IMG/VR virus record: IMGVR_UViG_3300022895_000242
Span: 1-53,342 of that record
Reading direction: 5' to 3' (one strand)
Length of the DNA stretch: 53,342 bases
Origin: a virus
Taxonomy: Duplodnaviria > Caudoviricetes
Part shown: positions 1 through 8,974 of the stretch, piece by piece
Position numbering within the stretch: position 1 is the first letter of the stretch
Layout of the letters: each line of letters begins with the position of its first letter
The notes under the pieces: model-generated
Told to the model about the DNA's origin: nothing
What the model saw: only the letters and a program-made list of their open reading frames with translations
Database searches by the model: none
Position numbers and translations under genes: made by a program

Positions 1-342
1 TTATTTGTTTAAGTAACCAAATATTAAATCTTCGACTTTAGTTTTTAGAGCTTGCTTTGCGTAACGTAGTACTACATCTTCTCCAGGTGTTTTTAAAACT
101 ACATCACTAAAATATTGGTCGATGTGAATCCACTTCACTACCTCAATTTTTTGTTTAGCCAGCATGCGCTTCTTGTTATAATAATCGGTTCTCAAGTGTT
201 TTAATAAATCATCTACAACACTAATATAGACCTTAGACATTTTTAGATTCTCCAGTGTATTGTAGTCGTGCTGTAAGGATTTAACGGCCATTTCTAATAG
301 AATAAATTGATGTACATTTCTTCGCTCATCGGGCTTAATCAT
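1..342 (-). CDS. Hypothetical protein, third gene of the SOS-boxed yolD-like operon
   Basis: 113 aa ORF overlapping the stop of the upstream YolD-like gene. Confidence 0.75.
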   Translation of the reverse strand: MIKPDERRNVHQFILLEMAVKSLQHDYNTLENLKMSKVYISVVDDLLKHLRTDYYNKKRMLAKQKIEVVKWIHIDQYFSDVVLKTPGEDVVLRYAKQALKTKVEDLIFGYLNK

Positions 343-688
343 CTGTGTCTACCAACGATGCTTTTTGTATCTGATCAAAGTTTATACGTTTTATCGATAA
401 ATCAGCATCTAATAGTAGTTCTTTCTTATATAAATTTGTCCCAGTTATTCTCCCGATTTCATCATGAAATTTGTTATGGTCCCACAGTGTTAATTTGATT
501 AGTTTTCGCATCTTAAAAGCTCGCTGGATGGTTTGCTCGATTTCTTCAAGCTCCCATTCAGTTAAATCACGCTTTTTATCGTAAAATTGCTCTCTTTTCC
601 ACTCCTTCAATTGAACCAAATGTTCCGGCAGCATCATCGCTGTCCATTTCATATTGCCACGGTCATGAATCATAAAATCACTCTCCAC
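335..688 (-). CDS. YolD-like protein
   Basis: DRGNMKWTAMMLPEH motif typical of the YolD family; the true start may be the later Met (MIHDRG). Confidence 0.88.
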   Translation of the reverse strand: MESDFMIHDRGNMKWTAMMLPEHLVQLKEWKREQFYDKKRDLTEWELEEIEQTIQRAFKMRKLIKLTLWDHNKFHDEIGRITGTNLYKKELLLDADLSIKRINFDQIQKASLVDTDD

Positions 689-966
689 TAATCAACATCA
701 GAAATACTTAAAATATCAAGGAAATGTACCTTATGGATAATCCTATATTTATCCTTAATGTGAATTAATTTAGTGTTTGCATCCATTTTAGTGACTATAC
801 CTAATAAGAGCTCCTCCTTCTTATAGATAGAAAAAGCTTTGTACTTTGATTCATTCATTGCTTCAGTTAATGCGTATGCGATTTCTTCTAAATCAAACTC
901 GTCTCGGTCTAAGTGCTTTGGTTCTTTTTTCTTTGCTGGTGTTGGTGTTTTTGTTTTAGCTGCCAT
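688..966 (-). CDS. Second, shorter YolD-like protein
   Basis: Motifs LDRDEFDLEEIAYALTEA, GIVTKMD and VHFLDILSI resemble YolD; GAGGAGG RBS. Confidence 0.65.
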   Translation of the reverse strand: MAAKTKTPTPAKKKEPKHLDRDEFDLEEIAYALTEAMNESKYKAFSIYKKEELLLGIVTKMDANTKLIHIKDKYRIIHKVHFLDILSISDVD

Positions 967-987
967 CTTTACGCCTCCTCAAAGTAA

Positions 988-1024
988 GAACATTCGTTTG
1001 TGTATATTATAGAACAAACGTTCT
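988..1024. promoter_or_regulatory. LexA/SOS boxes upstream of the yolD-like operon
   Basis: AGAACAAACGTTCT at 1011-1024 is a perfect GAAC-N4-GTTC; imperfect GAACATTCGTTT at 988-999. Confidence 0.85.
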
Positions 1025-1034
1025 TGTTTTAGCA

Positions 1035-1080
1035 ATAAAAAAATGACCAGGCTCACAAATTTTTGTGATTACCTGGTCAA
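1035..1080. repeat. Hairpin repeat A, copy 1 (terminator-like)
   Basis: AAAAATGACCAGGCTCA...TGATTACCTGGTCA, related to 4284-4330. Confidence 0.75.
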
Positions 1081-1259
1081 GTTAATTCATGAATTTATAT
1101 ACCATCACATAACTTTATACAGAATTTGAACATATAATGAATGGTGCGTTACATTCAGAATATTCCATCTTTTTTGAAATAAGACGCAATTTTTATATAT
1201 TCTTTAACATTTAAGTTAAAAATGTGGAAAAAAATTTAAATACATGTTAAGATAAGATA

Positions 1260-1273
1260 AGAACAAATGTTCT
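1260..1273. promoter_or_regulatory. LexA/SOS box upstream of the Panacea TA operon
   Basis: AGAACAAATGTTCT, perfect GAAC-N4-GTTC. Confidence 0.65.
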
Positions 1274-1377
1274 ATATATGTAATCATATTCTTGGTATTT
1301 TGAGACACATTCTCAATAATTTCACCTAAAATAGTTTACATATATGTACCATTGAGGTAATTTAATGATATTACATA

Positions 1378-1400
1378 GTTTGTATACATTGTATACAAAC
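1378..1400. promoter_or_regulatory. Perfect inverted repeat, possible TA operator or leader hairpin
   Basis: GTTTGTATACA-T-TGTATACAAAC about 30 bp before the ATG at 1430. Confidence 0.5.
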
Positions 1401-1429
1401 ATATCATCCTTAAGAAAGGAGGAGTTTTT

Positions 1430-1876
1430 ATGGCAGGTATGAGACATTTAGCAGATCATATTATTGCTGTCGCCAATCGTCATAATTTACCTGTAACTAA
1501 CTTACAAGTCCAAAAAATAATGTTTTTTGCTTTAGGATTACACATTAGGCAGCGAGGACACATTGATAAACTAGCATCAGACACATATGATGTACCATTC
1601 GAGAAGTGGCAATATGGACCTGTAGTGGAATCAATTTACTATCGTTTAAATCATATGAAAGATAAAGATGTCACTACACAATTAAAAGGGACATATCATT
1701 TAGAATACAGTGAGTGGGATCCTTTGATCAGAGGTTTGATTAATATTGATGTTTTTGATTTAGTTAAATTATCACATGCCTTGCCTTCTTGGGCAGAATA
1801 TGAAGATGATATTTTGGCGAGAAATTATGTTGAACCTTATTCTATAGAAGAAATTGCTGAGGAATTCATAGAATGA
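1430..1876 (+). CDS. Panacea (DUF4065/SocA/GepA-like) antitoxin-family protein
   Basis: TNLQVQKIMFFA and FEKWQYGPVV motifs plus SH..P.W; strong RBS. Confidence 0.88.
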   Translation: MAGMRHLADHIIAVANRHNLPVTNLQVQKIMFFALGLHIRQRGHIDKLASDTYDVPFEKWQYGPVVESIYYRLNHMKDKDVTTQLKGTYHLEYSEWDPLIRGLINIDVFDLVKLSHALPSWAEYEDDILARNYVEPYSIEEIAEEFIE

Positions 1877-2904
1877 ACTTTAAAGAACAAGAAGAAAAGT
1901 TTCTTACTGTACTTGAAGAGTTGATTGAAACTTTTTCAAAACATAAAATTCCCGACAATTCCAGTAACAAAACTATAAGTGATTTGGCCACCAATTTATA
2001 TCATATGATTTCTAATCAAGAAATCACTGCAACTGTTTCGGAGGCAAAGGATGTAAAATTGGATATGAAATTTTCTACATTTATGGAGCATGTAGAATCC
2101 ACAAATTTTTACCAAGAGATAATTCCTTATGATAAAATTACTGAGTGTGTTTTCGAAAAAACGCCTACTGAAATTCTATATTCGTTCACAAGTGAATTGC
2201 GTACTAGAGGAGAATATTACTTTAAATTAAAAAAAGACGAACCAATTGATCCAAAAACCTTGGATGAAGAAAGAACCTTTTTAAAAATAATGAGGCATAT
2301 TGATCTAGCTTTAATCCAAAAAAATAGTTTCGCTAATATAAAAATAAAAGAAATGGATATATTGAAGGAGAATTATAGGCAATTAGACGAACGTTACCAA
2401 GCCCTTAAAGATGAAGCTGATCATCAATATAAAAATATGTTAACTCAATACATTTCCATACTTGGTATTTTTGCGGCAATATTAATGGGGTCATTTGGGG
2501 CAATTCAAGGATTTTCTAACATCTTCGCAAACGCAAATTCTATACCATTAGGAGAATTGTTAATAATTAGTTCAGTTGGAGCTTCATCTGTTCTCCTGAT
2601 ATTGTTTTTCTTGTTAAATGGTATCGCAAAACTGACTAATAGAAGCTTATCCAGTACCAGAGATAAAAATTCAACAATATTAAGGAAGCATCCAACTTTA
2701 GTGCTTTCACATGGAATATTAATAAGTATAACTTTAATAGGTGCAGCTATAATATTAAGTAATGTTAAATTAAAATTTGCAGTGGAAGGACTTTGGTGGG
2801 GAGTTCCTATATTATGGATTATTTATTTTGTTACATCTGTATCTAAAAACGATTCTTTGTTTTTCTTAAGGATTTTCAAGAAAAAAGACCAAGACGGCAA
2901 TTAA
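1873..2904 (+). CDS. Coiled-coil plus about 4 TM protein, putative toxin/effector partner of the Panacea protein
   Basis: ATGA overlap with the antitoxin; soluble N-terminus, coiled coil, hydrophobic C-terminal helices; AT-rich. Confidence 0.6.
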   Translation: MNFKEQEEKFLTVLEELIETFSKHKIPDNSSNKTISDLATNLYHMISNQEITATVSEAKDVKLDMKFSTFMEHVESTNFYQEIIPYDKITECVFEKTPTEILYSFTSELRTRGEYYFKLKKDEPIDPKTLDEERTFLKIMRHIDLALIQKNSFANIKIKEMDILKENYRQLDERYQALKDEADHQYKNMLTQYISILGIFAAILMGSFGAIQGFSNIFANANSIPLGELLIISSVGASSVLLILFFLLNGIAKLTNRSLSSTRDKNSTILRKHPTLVLSHGILISITLIGAAIILSNVKLKFAVEGLWWGVPILWIIYFVTSVSKNDSLFFLRIFKKKDQDGN

Positions 2905-2919
2905 GCTATCTTGGTCTTT
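2887..2919. repeat. Hairpin repeat B, copy 1 (post-lysin bidirectional terminator)
   Basis: GACCAAGACGGCAATTAAGCTATCTTGGTCTTT, 32/33 identical to 4665-4697. Confidence 0.9.
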
Positions 2920-2926
2920 TTAGTAT

Positions 2927-3030
2927 CTATAATGTTCGTTTTATAATAGAAATAAGCAATCCTAACGCTTCACCATCAGACATACAATCCACTCGGTCAC
3001 TGTGGTCAATTTTCAAGATGCCGCGTTTGT
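2927..3030 (-). pseudogene. Remnant C-terminus of a second endolysin
   Basis: Translates KRGILKIDHSDRVDCMSDGEALGLLISIIKRTL*, aligning to the intact lysin tail KEGIVQESHLKDLQNGTMTTDRLMGLYITIQQRR and followed by the same hairpin B. Confidence 0.65.
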
Positions 3031-3233
3031 TCGTATATATTACGGTCATCATAGGTAAAGCAGCGTTTGAATAAGTTATTTATAAAGACTAACAATCCAA
3101 TACAGAACGTGGAACAGATAACTAACAAAGTTGTCTGTTTTTTATTATGGTAAATAAGTATATGTATGGTTAAAGTTGTTATTGTAGGTTATTAAAAGAA
3201 ATAACCTTAGACAATTTTAAGGAGGATACATAA

Positions 3234-4280
3234 GTGATTAGGTTTTTTAAAAATGGATTTCTTTATTTAGCATTAATTATGCTAACACTAGTAAGTTTTA
3301 ATATTGAAAGTGCACAAGCTGCAGAAGCTGTGGATTATGAAGAAGGGGTAACTAATTTAAATAATACTCCTGAAAATAGTGCTGTAGTAGGTGATCAACT
3401 ATTTAAACCTGAAATCGGTTGGAATAGATATGATGATAGACATCCTTCAATATTGTTTATGGGCAATTTCAGTAGACTTAATACTAAAGGAACTTATAAC
3501 ACAACTGAATCAGGATATACTGTAGTTGGCGATATAGATACCCAATATATTAAATTCGATTTTTATGGAACAAAATTAAGAATTATCGGTAACCATAGTA
3601 AACTGGATGGACCAGTTAATATTACTATAGATAACATTTCTTATGAGTATAATCCATATGCTTCAAACACAAAGAGACAACTTATATTATTTGAATTAAC
3701 AGATTTAAAAGAGGAAAGACATACCGTGATGATTAAAAGAAAGGTAGCTAATATCACTTTAGGCATAGATGCAATTGATGTTGATGGTCAATTATTAGCT
3801 CCAGGTGAAGTTCCTAATGTTCAATCCATCACATTAGACAAAATTAATCTAGAACTTTTAGAAGGTAGCCAAGATAAATTTACTGCCACAGTTTCTCCAG
3901 ACACAGCTAGAGTAATTTGGACAAGTAGTGATGAATCAATTGCTACTGTAGATCAGGATGGTAATGTAACTGCTATTCGTGAAGGTCAAGCTATTATTAC
4001 TGCTAAAGTTGAAAACACAGAACTAGTTGCGACTGCTACAGTTATTGTTAAGAAATCGATTAGTGAATCATCGAGTGCTATTCTAAGTATTACTCTGGTG
4101 AATGGTATTACAAAAGAATATGATGTTACGAATGCAGTTTTAAACAATTACTTAAATTGGTTTGATAGTGCACAAGGCACTTCTACATTCAAATTTTCAA
4201 AAACAATTTCACCTTATAAAAAAGTAACTGAATATGTCGTACATGATAAGATTGCTTCATTTGAAGTAAGAGAATACTAA
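3234..4280 (+). CDS. Secreted protein: signal peptide, beta-rich domain, Big_2 Ig-like domain, conserved C-terminal domain
   Basis: AQA signal cleavage; VQSITLDK...WTSSDESIATVDQDGNVTAIREG is Big_2; paralogue of 17223-18236. Confidence 0.85.
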   Translation: MIRFFKNGFLYLALIMLTLVSFNIESAQAAEAVDYEEGVTNLNNTPENSAVVGDQLFKPEIGWNRYDDRHPSILFMGNFSRLNTKGTYNTTESGYTVVGDIDTQYIKFDFYGTKLRIIGNHSKLDGPVNITIDNISYEYNPYASNTKRQLILFELTDLKEERHTVMIKRKVANITLGIDAIDVDGQLLAPGEVPNVQSITLDKINLELLEGSQDKFTATVSPDTARVIWTSSDESIATVDQDGNVTAIREGQAIITAKVENTELVATATVIVKKSISESSSAILSITLVNGITKEYDVTNAVLNNYLNWFDSAQGTSTFKFSKTISPYKKVTEYVVHDKIASFEVREY

Positions 4281-4283
4281 ACC

Positions 4284-4330
4284 ATAAAAAATGCCCAGGC
4301 TCAAAATTAATTGAGTACCTGGGTATTTTT
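4284..4330. repeat. Hairpin repeat A, copy 2 (terminator of the Ig gene)
   Basis: AAAAATGCCCAGGCTCA...TGAGTACCTGGGTATTTTT. Confidence 0.75.
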
Positions 4331-4401
4331 GTTATGTACATACATAATTAAATTTCTTAAAATGGTAAATAGTAGATATGAATAGACGGGGGAGAATATA
4401 A

Positions 4402-4650
4402 TTGAGTAGTTGCCCTAATTGTTTAGCCAATAATTCGATTAAGAAAGTATATAGAGATGGTTCAGTACTTAAGATGTGTGAGTATTGTAATACTATTGTA
4501 GAAGATACAACAGAGAGAGAGCCAACGGTGAGAGAAGAAAACGAAGTCCAAAATGATGAGCAAAAAGAAAAGTCTTCAGGTAAGGCTTTTGCAGTTGGTA
4601 TAGGACTTATGATACTTCTTTTTATTATAGATAATATATTAAAATTATAA
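4402..4650 (+). CDS. Zn-ribbon protein with C-terminal TM helix (moron)
   Basis: CPNC...CEYC; hydrophobic C-terminus; GGGGAG RBS with TTG start. Confidence 0.7.
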   Translation: MSSCPNCLANNSIKKVYRDGSVLKMCEYCNTIVEDTTEREPTVREENEVQNDEQKEKSSGKAFAVGIGLMILLFIIDNILKL

Positions 4651-4664
4651 AAAGATTGTTATAT

Positions 4665-4697
4665 GACCAAGACAGCAATTAAGCTATCTTGGTCTTT
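4665..4697. repeat. Hairpin repeat B, copy 2 (terminator after the endolysin)
   Basis: GACCAAGACAGCAATTAAGCTATCTTGGTCTTT. Confidence 0.9.
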
Positions 4698-4741
4698 AGT
4701 ATTTTTATGATTAAATACAACAGGTACCGTACTTGTTTCTA

Positions 4742-5413
4742 TTACTTTTTATCATTTCTACGCTGCTGAATAGTAATATACAACCCCATTAATCGATCAG
4801 TGGTCATTGTACCATTCTGTAAATCCTTTAAGTGCGATTCCTGAACTATCCCTTCCTTAACTGCCTGTGCAATAAAGTTTTCAGTTTCAGTTTTCATAGC
4901 TGGTGAACCTGGATTCCAATTTGTCACTTTGATATCCTCCTTTGGATTATCTTCCACAATTAATTGAACTTGCATTTTGCTGTTACTTGGTACGATTACT
5001 TGTCCTTCTAACTTATAGCCTTTAGGCATCTCCCAAGATGATTTAACTTCGAAATGTGGTCGGTCAATACTGCCTACCCAATCGCCTCCCCATGTAATAC
5101 CTAACTTTCTAGCAATAGCCCCTACTCGAGTAAGTGTCGTTACATCATATAAAGACTGTGGAGGACCTACAGCAATATCCCAAGCTAGACGAGATTTGTG
5201 ATTGCTATCTAATGTCCAAGTGACAATTTGACCAGGTCTAGTACGTCCCTGAGCATATAAATAATTTTGTCGTTCCTGTGAGCGATAAGTCTCCGTGATA
5301 AAGATGTTCTTAATGCCTGCCTTAAAACACTCCTGGAACAAAAGTCGGCAAGCTGTTTGTGCTGTAGGTAATAACTCTGAAAGATCTCGACATGTAGTTG
5401 TAACGTTCGTCAT
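4742..5413 (-). CDS. Endolysin, M15 family L-Ala-D-Glu peptidase
   Basis: ETYRSQERQNYLYAQGRT, SNH...AWD and WGGDW...DRPHFE motifs; follows the holins. Confidence 0.93.
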   Translation of the reverse strand: MTNVTTTCRDLSELLPTAQTACRLLFQECFKAGIKNIFITETYRSQERQNYLYAQGRTRPGQIVTWTLDSNHKSRLAWDIAVGPPQSLYDVTTLTRVGAIARKLGITWGGDWVGSIDRPHFEVKSSWEMPKGYKLEGQVIVPSNSKMQVQLIVEDNPKEDIKVTNWNPGSPAMKTETENFIAQAVKEGIVQESHLKDLQNGTMTTDRLMGLYITIQQRRNDKK

Positions 5414-5682
5414 TACTGCTCACCCTCTTTTTTAGCCGCCTTTAGTAAATCAAATGTGCCTGATGCTGTTAGTCCTGCAATAAATCCTGCCATCAGCATG
5501 ACATACACTGGATATTCGGATAACGGCCACAATACTAGACCAATAAAAATACCAATCACAACAGACGTGATTGGCATGTATTGTGTATTGAGATTAAATG
5601 TCTTTTTAAGTACCTCGGCTACTGATAAAACAATAGCCACCATCACCATTGCAATCATAAAAATGTTTGTTAAATCCATCAT
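5413..5682 (-). CDS. Holin (3 TM)
   Basis: Three hydrophobic helices, AGLTASGTFD motif, Met-Met start, position before the lysin. Confidence 0.88.
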   Translation of the reverse strand: MMDLTNIFMIAMVMVAIVLSVAEVLKKTFNLNTQYMPITSVVIGIFIGLVLWPLSEYPVYVMLMAGFIAGLTASGTFDLLKAAKKEGEQ

Positions 5683-5951
5683 TCATCATCCTTTTCGATT
5701 TTTTTGTAAGTATGTTTTTCCATACGGTCCATACGTCCTTCTAATGAAGTTAAATTTTCGCTAATAGATTGCATTGCAATTGCTTGTTCGCTTTGTGCCT
5801 TTGTTAATTCATCTAAATTATTAAGCAAACGTTCTTCTCGTTTATTTGAATGTTTTAATACATAAACGGCTAACCCGATACAAAGTATTGACCAAACTAC
5901 TTGTGAGTTGGCTACCTGACTCGCTGCCGTTACTGTGGATACTATATCCAT
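5679..5951 (-). CDS. BhlA/UviB-like holin-associated peptide
   Basis: Single TM followed by KREERL and a coiled coil; start placed at MDIVST. Confidence 0.75.
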   Translation of the reverse strand: MDIVSTVTAASQVANSQVVWSILCIGLAVYVLKHSNKREERLLNNLDELTKAQSEQAIAMQSISENLTSLEGRMDRMEKHTYKKIEKDDE

Positions 5952-6082
5952 ACCATCACCAATCCTTTGCCCTAAAATAAAAGCCACGAGAAGCATCGAG
6001 ATTCAGTGACGTGTACTGTTGCCCATCTCGATTGTTCTCATAGCGTATAATAAAAGCACCATCAACTGAGAGTGCTCTAAAT

Positions 6083-6685
6083 CTATTCACATTCTATTTT
6101 CTCAACATCAGATTTTACTTCGTTTATTAATCGTTCGCCAAATTTCATTTTTCTGCTCTCTTTGGTAGAACAAAAAATCACTACTTCAATCCATATTTGA
6201 GCTAGTAAAATTTTATATTTATTTTCGGTACTTAAACTACCATAAATAATTTCTTTCATTTTTATTTCTACTTTGTGATCTTTGTTAATACCATTACTTA
6301 AACTATCTGAAAGACTTTTATAAATATCACTTCTTTTAGAGAAATGTAATTCATGAGCCAATTTATTTCGGATATCATTTAGCTTCTTAATTACATCGAA
6401 TAATTCTTTGTCAATAATATTCAATTCATGAATTAGCTTTAATTTAGAGGCAAATTTCAAATCAATAAAAAATTTAGATTCACCTAAAAAATATTCATAT
6501 AATTGGTTTAATTCCCTTTCTATATACATGTGAGCTTTTAAAGTTGCTGATAACAAATCTGAAGATGATATTTCATCTATCATCTCCTTTTTTCTTTCTT
6601 CAATCTTTTTCAAATTGTCATTCGAAATTTCTGATAATCTATAACTTAACTCTAATTGTTCATTCATAAAAGTCCCACCTTTCAT
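6083..6685 (-). CDS. HEPN-like (MtlR-type) moron protein
   Basis: RNKLAH fits RX4H; H.YIE and F..KL.L motifs; AT-rich with own promoter and terminator. Confidence 0.6.
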   Translation of the reverse strand: MKGGTFMNEQLELSYRLSEISNDNLKKIEERKKEMIDEISSSDLLSATLKAHMYIERELNQLYEYFLGESKFFIDLKFASKLKLIHELNIIDKELFDVIKKLNDIRNKLAHELHFSKRSDIYKSLSDSLSNGINKDHKVEIKMKEIIYGSLSTENKYKILLAQIWIEVVIFCSTKESRKMKFGERLINEVKSDVEKIECE

Positions 6686-6691
6686 CTACTC

Positions 6692-6719
6692 ATTTCGACA
6701 AAAGGAAAGGATTTCCTGC
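6692..6719 (-). promoter_or_regulatory. Sigma-H-type promoter of the HEPN-like gene
   Basis: GCAGGAAAT-N11-GTCGAAAT on the - strand. Confidence 0.55.
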
Positions 6720-6748
6720 TATATTAGACAATAAAAATAACGCTAAGC

Positions 6749-6946
6749 CTATGCTTGCGTTTCTGTTTCATCTACTGGTAATACACTAATGATGATATGC
6801 TTATTAATGATTGCCCCACCAATATTAACAAAGTTTATTTTTTGATCATTTAATGTTGCCGTGAACACACCTGCATCAAACTCCGCATTTTTTAAATTAA
6901 TTACCTGTCCATTGTTTAATTGTACTTGATAATTCATAGTTATCAT
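6749..6946 (-). CDS. Small hypothetical tail-end protein
   Basis: 65 aa ORF directly after Tal. Confidence 0.7.
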   Translation of the reverse strand: MITMNYQVQLNNGQVINLKNAEFDAGVFTATLNDQKINFVNIGGAIINKHIIISVLPVDETETQA

Positions 6947-6954
6947 TCTCCTTT

Positions 6955-8745
6955 TTATTTAGATAAATCAATATATCCTACATTTGAACCGTTTATCCGG
7001 AAGTATATCCTTGGTGTTGTCGGATTGTTATTATAAGCTATCCCTATACCAGGTGTATGACCTCTTGCTACACCATTCAGAGAATCAGCTCTAGAAAAAT
7101 CGATAGCTCCATAAAAGGTTATATAATTGGCTTGTAAATCCATATTATGATTCGCATAAATACCAATGTTCCCCTGATTAGATGTGATGTTCGTCATATC
7201 AGCAAAATATATAGTGCTGGTGCCACTGCCTGACATTCTGATATTTTGTCCAACGGTTATTTCTTTGTTCACATTAATATTTGTAGCTCCACTAATATCA
7301 CCATCGACTACTACAGCACCATTAAGGTTTATCTTATTGGCATTAATTGTCGCAACACCTGGGCTCAAATTAATATCAGTAATAGAGCCGCCTTTGTCTA
7401 CTTTTAAATTGATACTATTTTGCATTACATTAATAGCAGATTTAGTGTCTCTATCTAAATTAGAAACAGCTATTTCAATTCTTCCAGCTCTCACATCAAT
7501 TGCTGCTACTTCATTTGTAATACGATTGTTGACGCTTAAATTAATGTTATCGGCTTTTAAATTGATAGCCGCCATTTCGTTTGTGATACGATTATTTACA
7601 GATAAATTAATGTTATCAGCTTTAATATCTATAGCAGCAATGGAAGTATTGAGATGTTCTACTTCTAACGTTATACGATCATCTGTTTTCTTGATTTCGC
7701 TTCTAAATTCACCTTGCAACTTTTCTTTGGTTTCTTCGATTTCTTCTTTTAATTCTTCTTTTGTGTCGTCAATATATTCATTGGTATCGCCTATTTTTTC
7801 TTCTTGGTCAGCGAGTGTATCTTCTATTGACTTCGGAAGTGAATTTCCAAAAACAACACTAGATGTTATTAATTTACCGTTATACAAAACTTTCGTTTGT
7901 TTTAATATTCGTGTTGACATTTCAACACCCAGTGGCTCATAGATAAGCCAAACACGTTCACCATTTTCTCTTGCAACAAGCTCTGGAATTGTTGTTTCAA
8001 TCGCTAGTTGTGGTTCGTCCTGTAGCTTGCTTTTGATGTAATTTAGCAAAGCTGTAGCATCAGTAAAACGCTCATCTTTAACAGGCTCCTCTTCCCTCCG
8101 ACCGAAAATATCGATGTTAGGTGATGTATAATCAACTGTTAAATCATCTTTACCAAAACCTTTAATATAAGTTGCGAGGTTCGTTGTATCTTCTTGTAAC
8201 ACAATTGACGATATATTGTGTTTATAACGATACTGGTAGTCGTTGTCGCCGCCAATTTCTTTTGCGAAATATAGTTGCTTATTCGGCAAGATTTGAAATT
8301 CGCACTCATGGTACTTGCATATTTTTTGTACTAATTTAATGACGTTATCATTACCAAATGATCGTATATAATTAGTGACATTTGCGATATTTGCATCTGC
8401 AGTAAACGTCCATCCTGTGCCTTGTAAAGCAAAATTAATGTGATTATTTAAAGTGTGACTACCCTCAAACGTGCCATGCCTATACGTTTTCAAATGGTCA
8501 TAAAAAATACTTAATGCCGTTACTGATTTGCTATAAACATTATCAGCAAAAACCTTCACACGAAAATCGTTGCCATCGACATTGATGATTGATTCAGACT
8601 TTAGTAGTTCGTAACCAGGATTATTTTCGCTAGGAAAACAAGAAAACGATACTGTAAAAGTACCGTCTACTATTTGTTCCATTTTAAAGTCTGTGCCGAT
8701 TTTTATTAAAGGCTCTACCTGTGATCCGTCTGTAACAGTAAGCAA
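6955..8745 (-). CDS. Tal / prophage endopeptidase-type tail hub protein with 22-aa internal repeats
   Basis: N-terminal hub motifs (YQYRYKHNISSI, TYIKGFGK, DERFTD); AAI.IKADNINLSVNNRITNE repeats. Confidence 0.85.
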   Translation of the reverse strand: MLTVTDGSQVEPLIKIGTDFKMEQIVDGTFTVSFSCFPSENNPGYELLKSESIINVDGNDFRVKVFADNVYSKSVTALSIFYDHLKTYRHGTFEGSHTLNNHINFALQGTGWTFTADANIANVTNYIRSFGNDNVIKLVQKICKYHECEFQILPNKQLYFAKEIGGDNDYQYRYKHNISSIVLQEDTTNLATYIKGFGKDDLTVDYTSPNIDIFGRREEEPVKDERFTDATALLNYIKSKLQDEPQLAIETTIPELVARENGERVWLIYEPLGVEMSTRILKQTKVLYNGKLITSSVVFGNSLPKSIEDTLADQEEKIGDTNEYIDDTKEELKEEIEETKEKLQGEFRSEIKKTDDRITLEVEHLNTSIAAIDIKADNINLSVNNRITNEMAAINLKADNINLSVNNRITNEVAAIDVRAGRIEIAVSNLDRDTKSAINVMQNSINLKVDKGGSITDINLSPGVATINANKINLNGAVVVDGDISGATNINVNKEITVGQNIRMSGSGTSTIYFADMTNITSNQGNIGIYANHNMDLQANYITFYGAIDFSRADSLNGVARGHTPGIGIAYNNNPTTPRIYFRINGSNVGYIDLSK

Positions 8746-8815
8746 GCAACCACCTTCTTTCTAATAAAAATACGCCACTCGTTTTTGAGTGACGTTACTG
8801 AACAATATGGAACGA

Positions 8816-8974
8816 TTACACACCTTCAGTATTTGTTAAGATGTAATCCTCTATTGCTTGTTTGTAATCCTTGTTTGTCACATCATCAATAACATACGTT
8901 TTCTCTGTCTTTGGATTTAAACCACCTGAAATAATGCGCTCTGCTGCAATTCTTACAACGATTTGATTAACCAT
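8816..8974 (-). CDS. 52 aa tail-fibre-associated small protein (not in the ORF track)
   Basis: MVNQIVVRIAAERIISGGLNPKTEKTYVIDDV...; GGAGG RBS, coupled to the upstream stop. Confidence 0.7.
   Translation of the reverse strand: MVNQIVVRIAAERIISGGLNPKTEKTYVIDDVTNKDYKQAIEDYILTNTEGV

Noticed and set aside
7490-7640. 66-bp DNA repeats
   Set aside because: Explained by the 22-aa coding repeats of Tal
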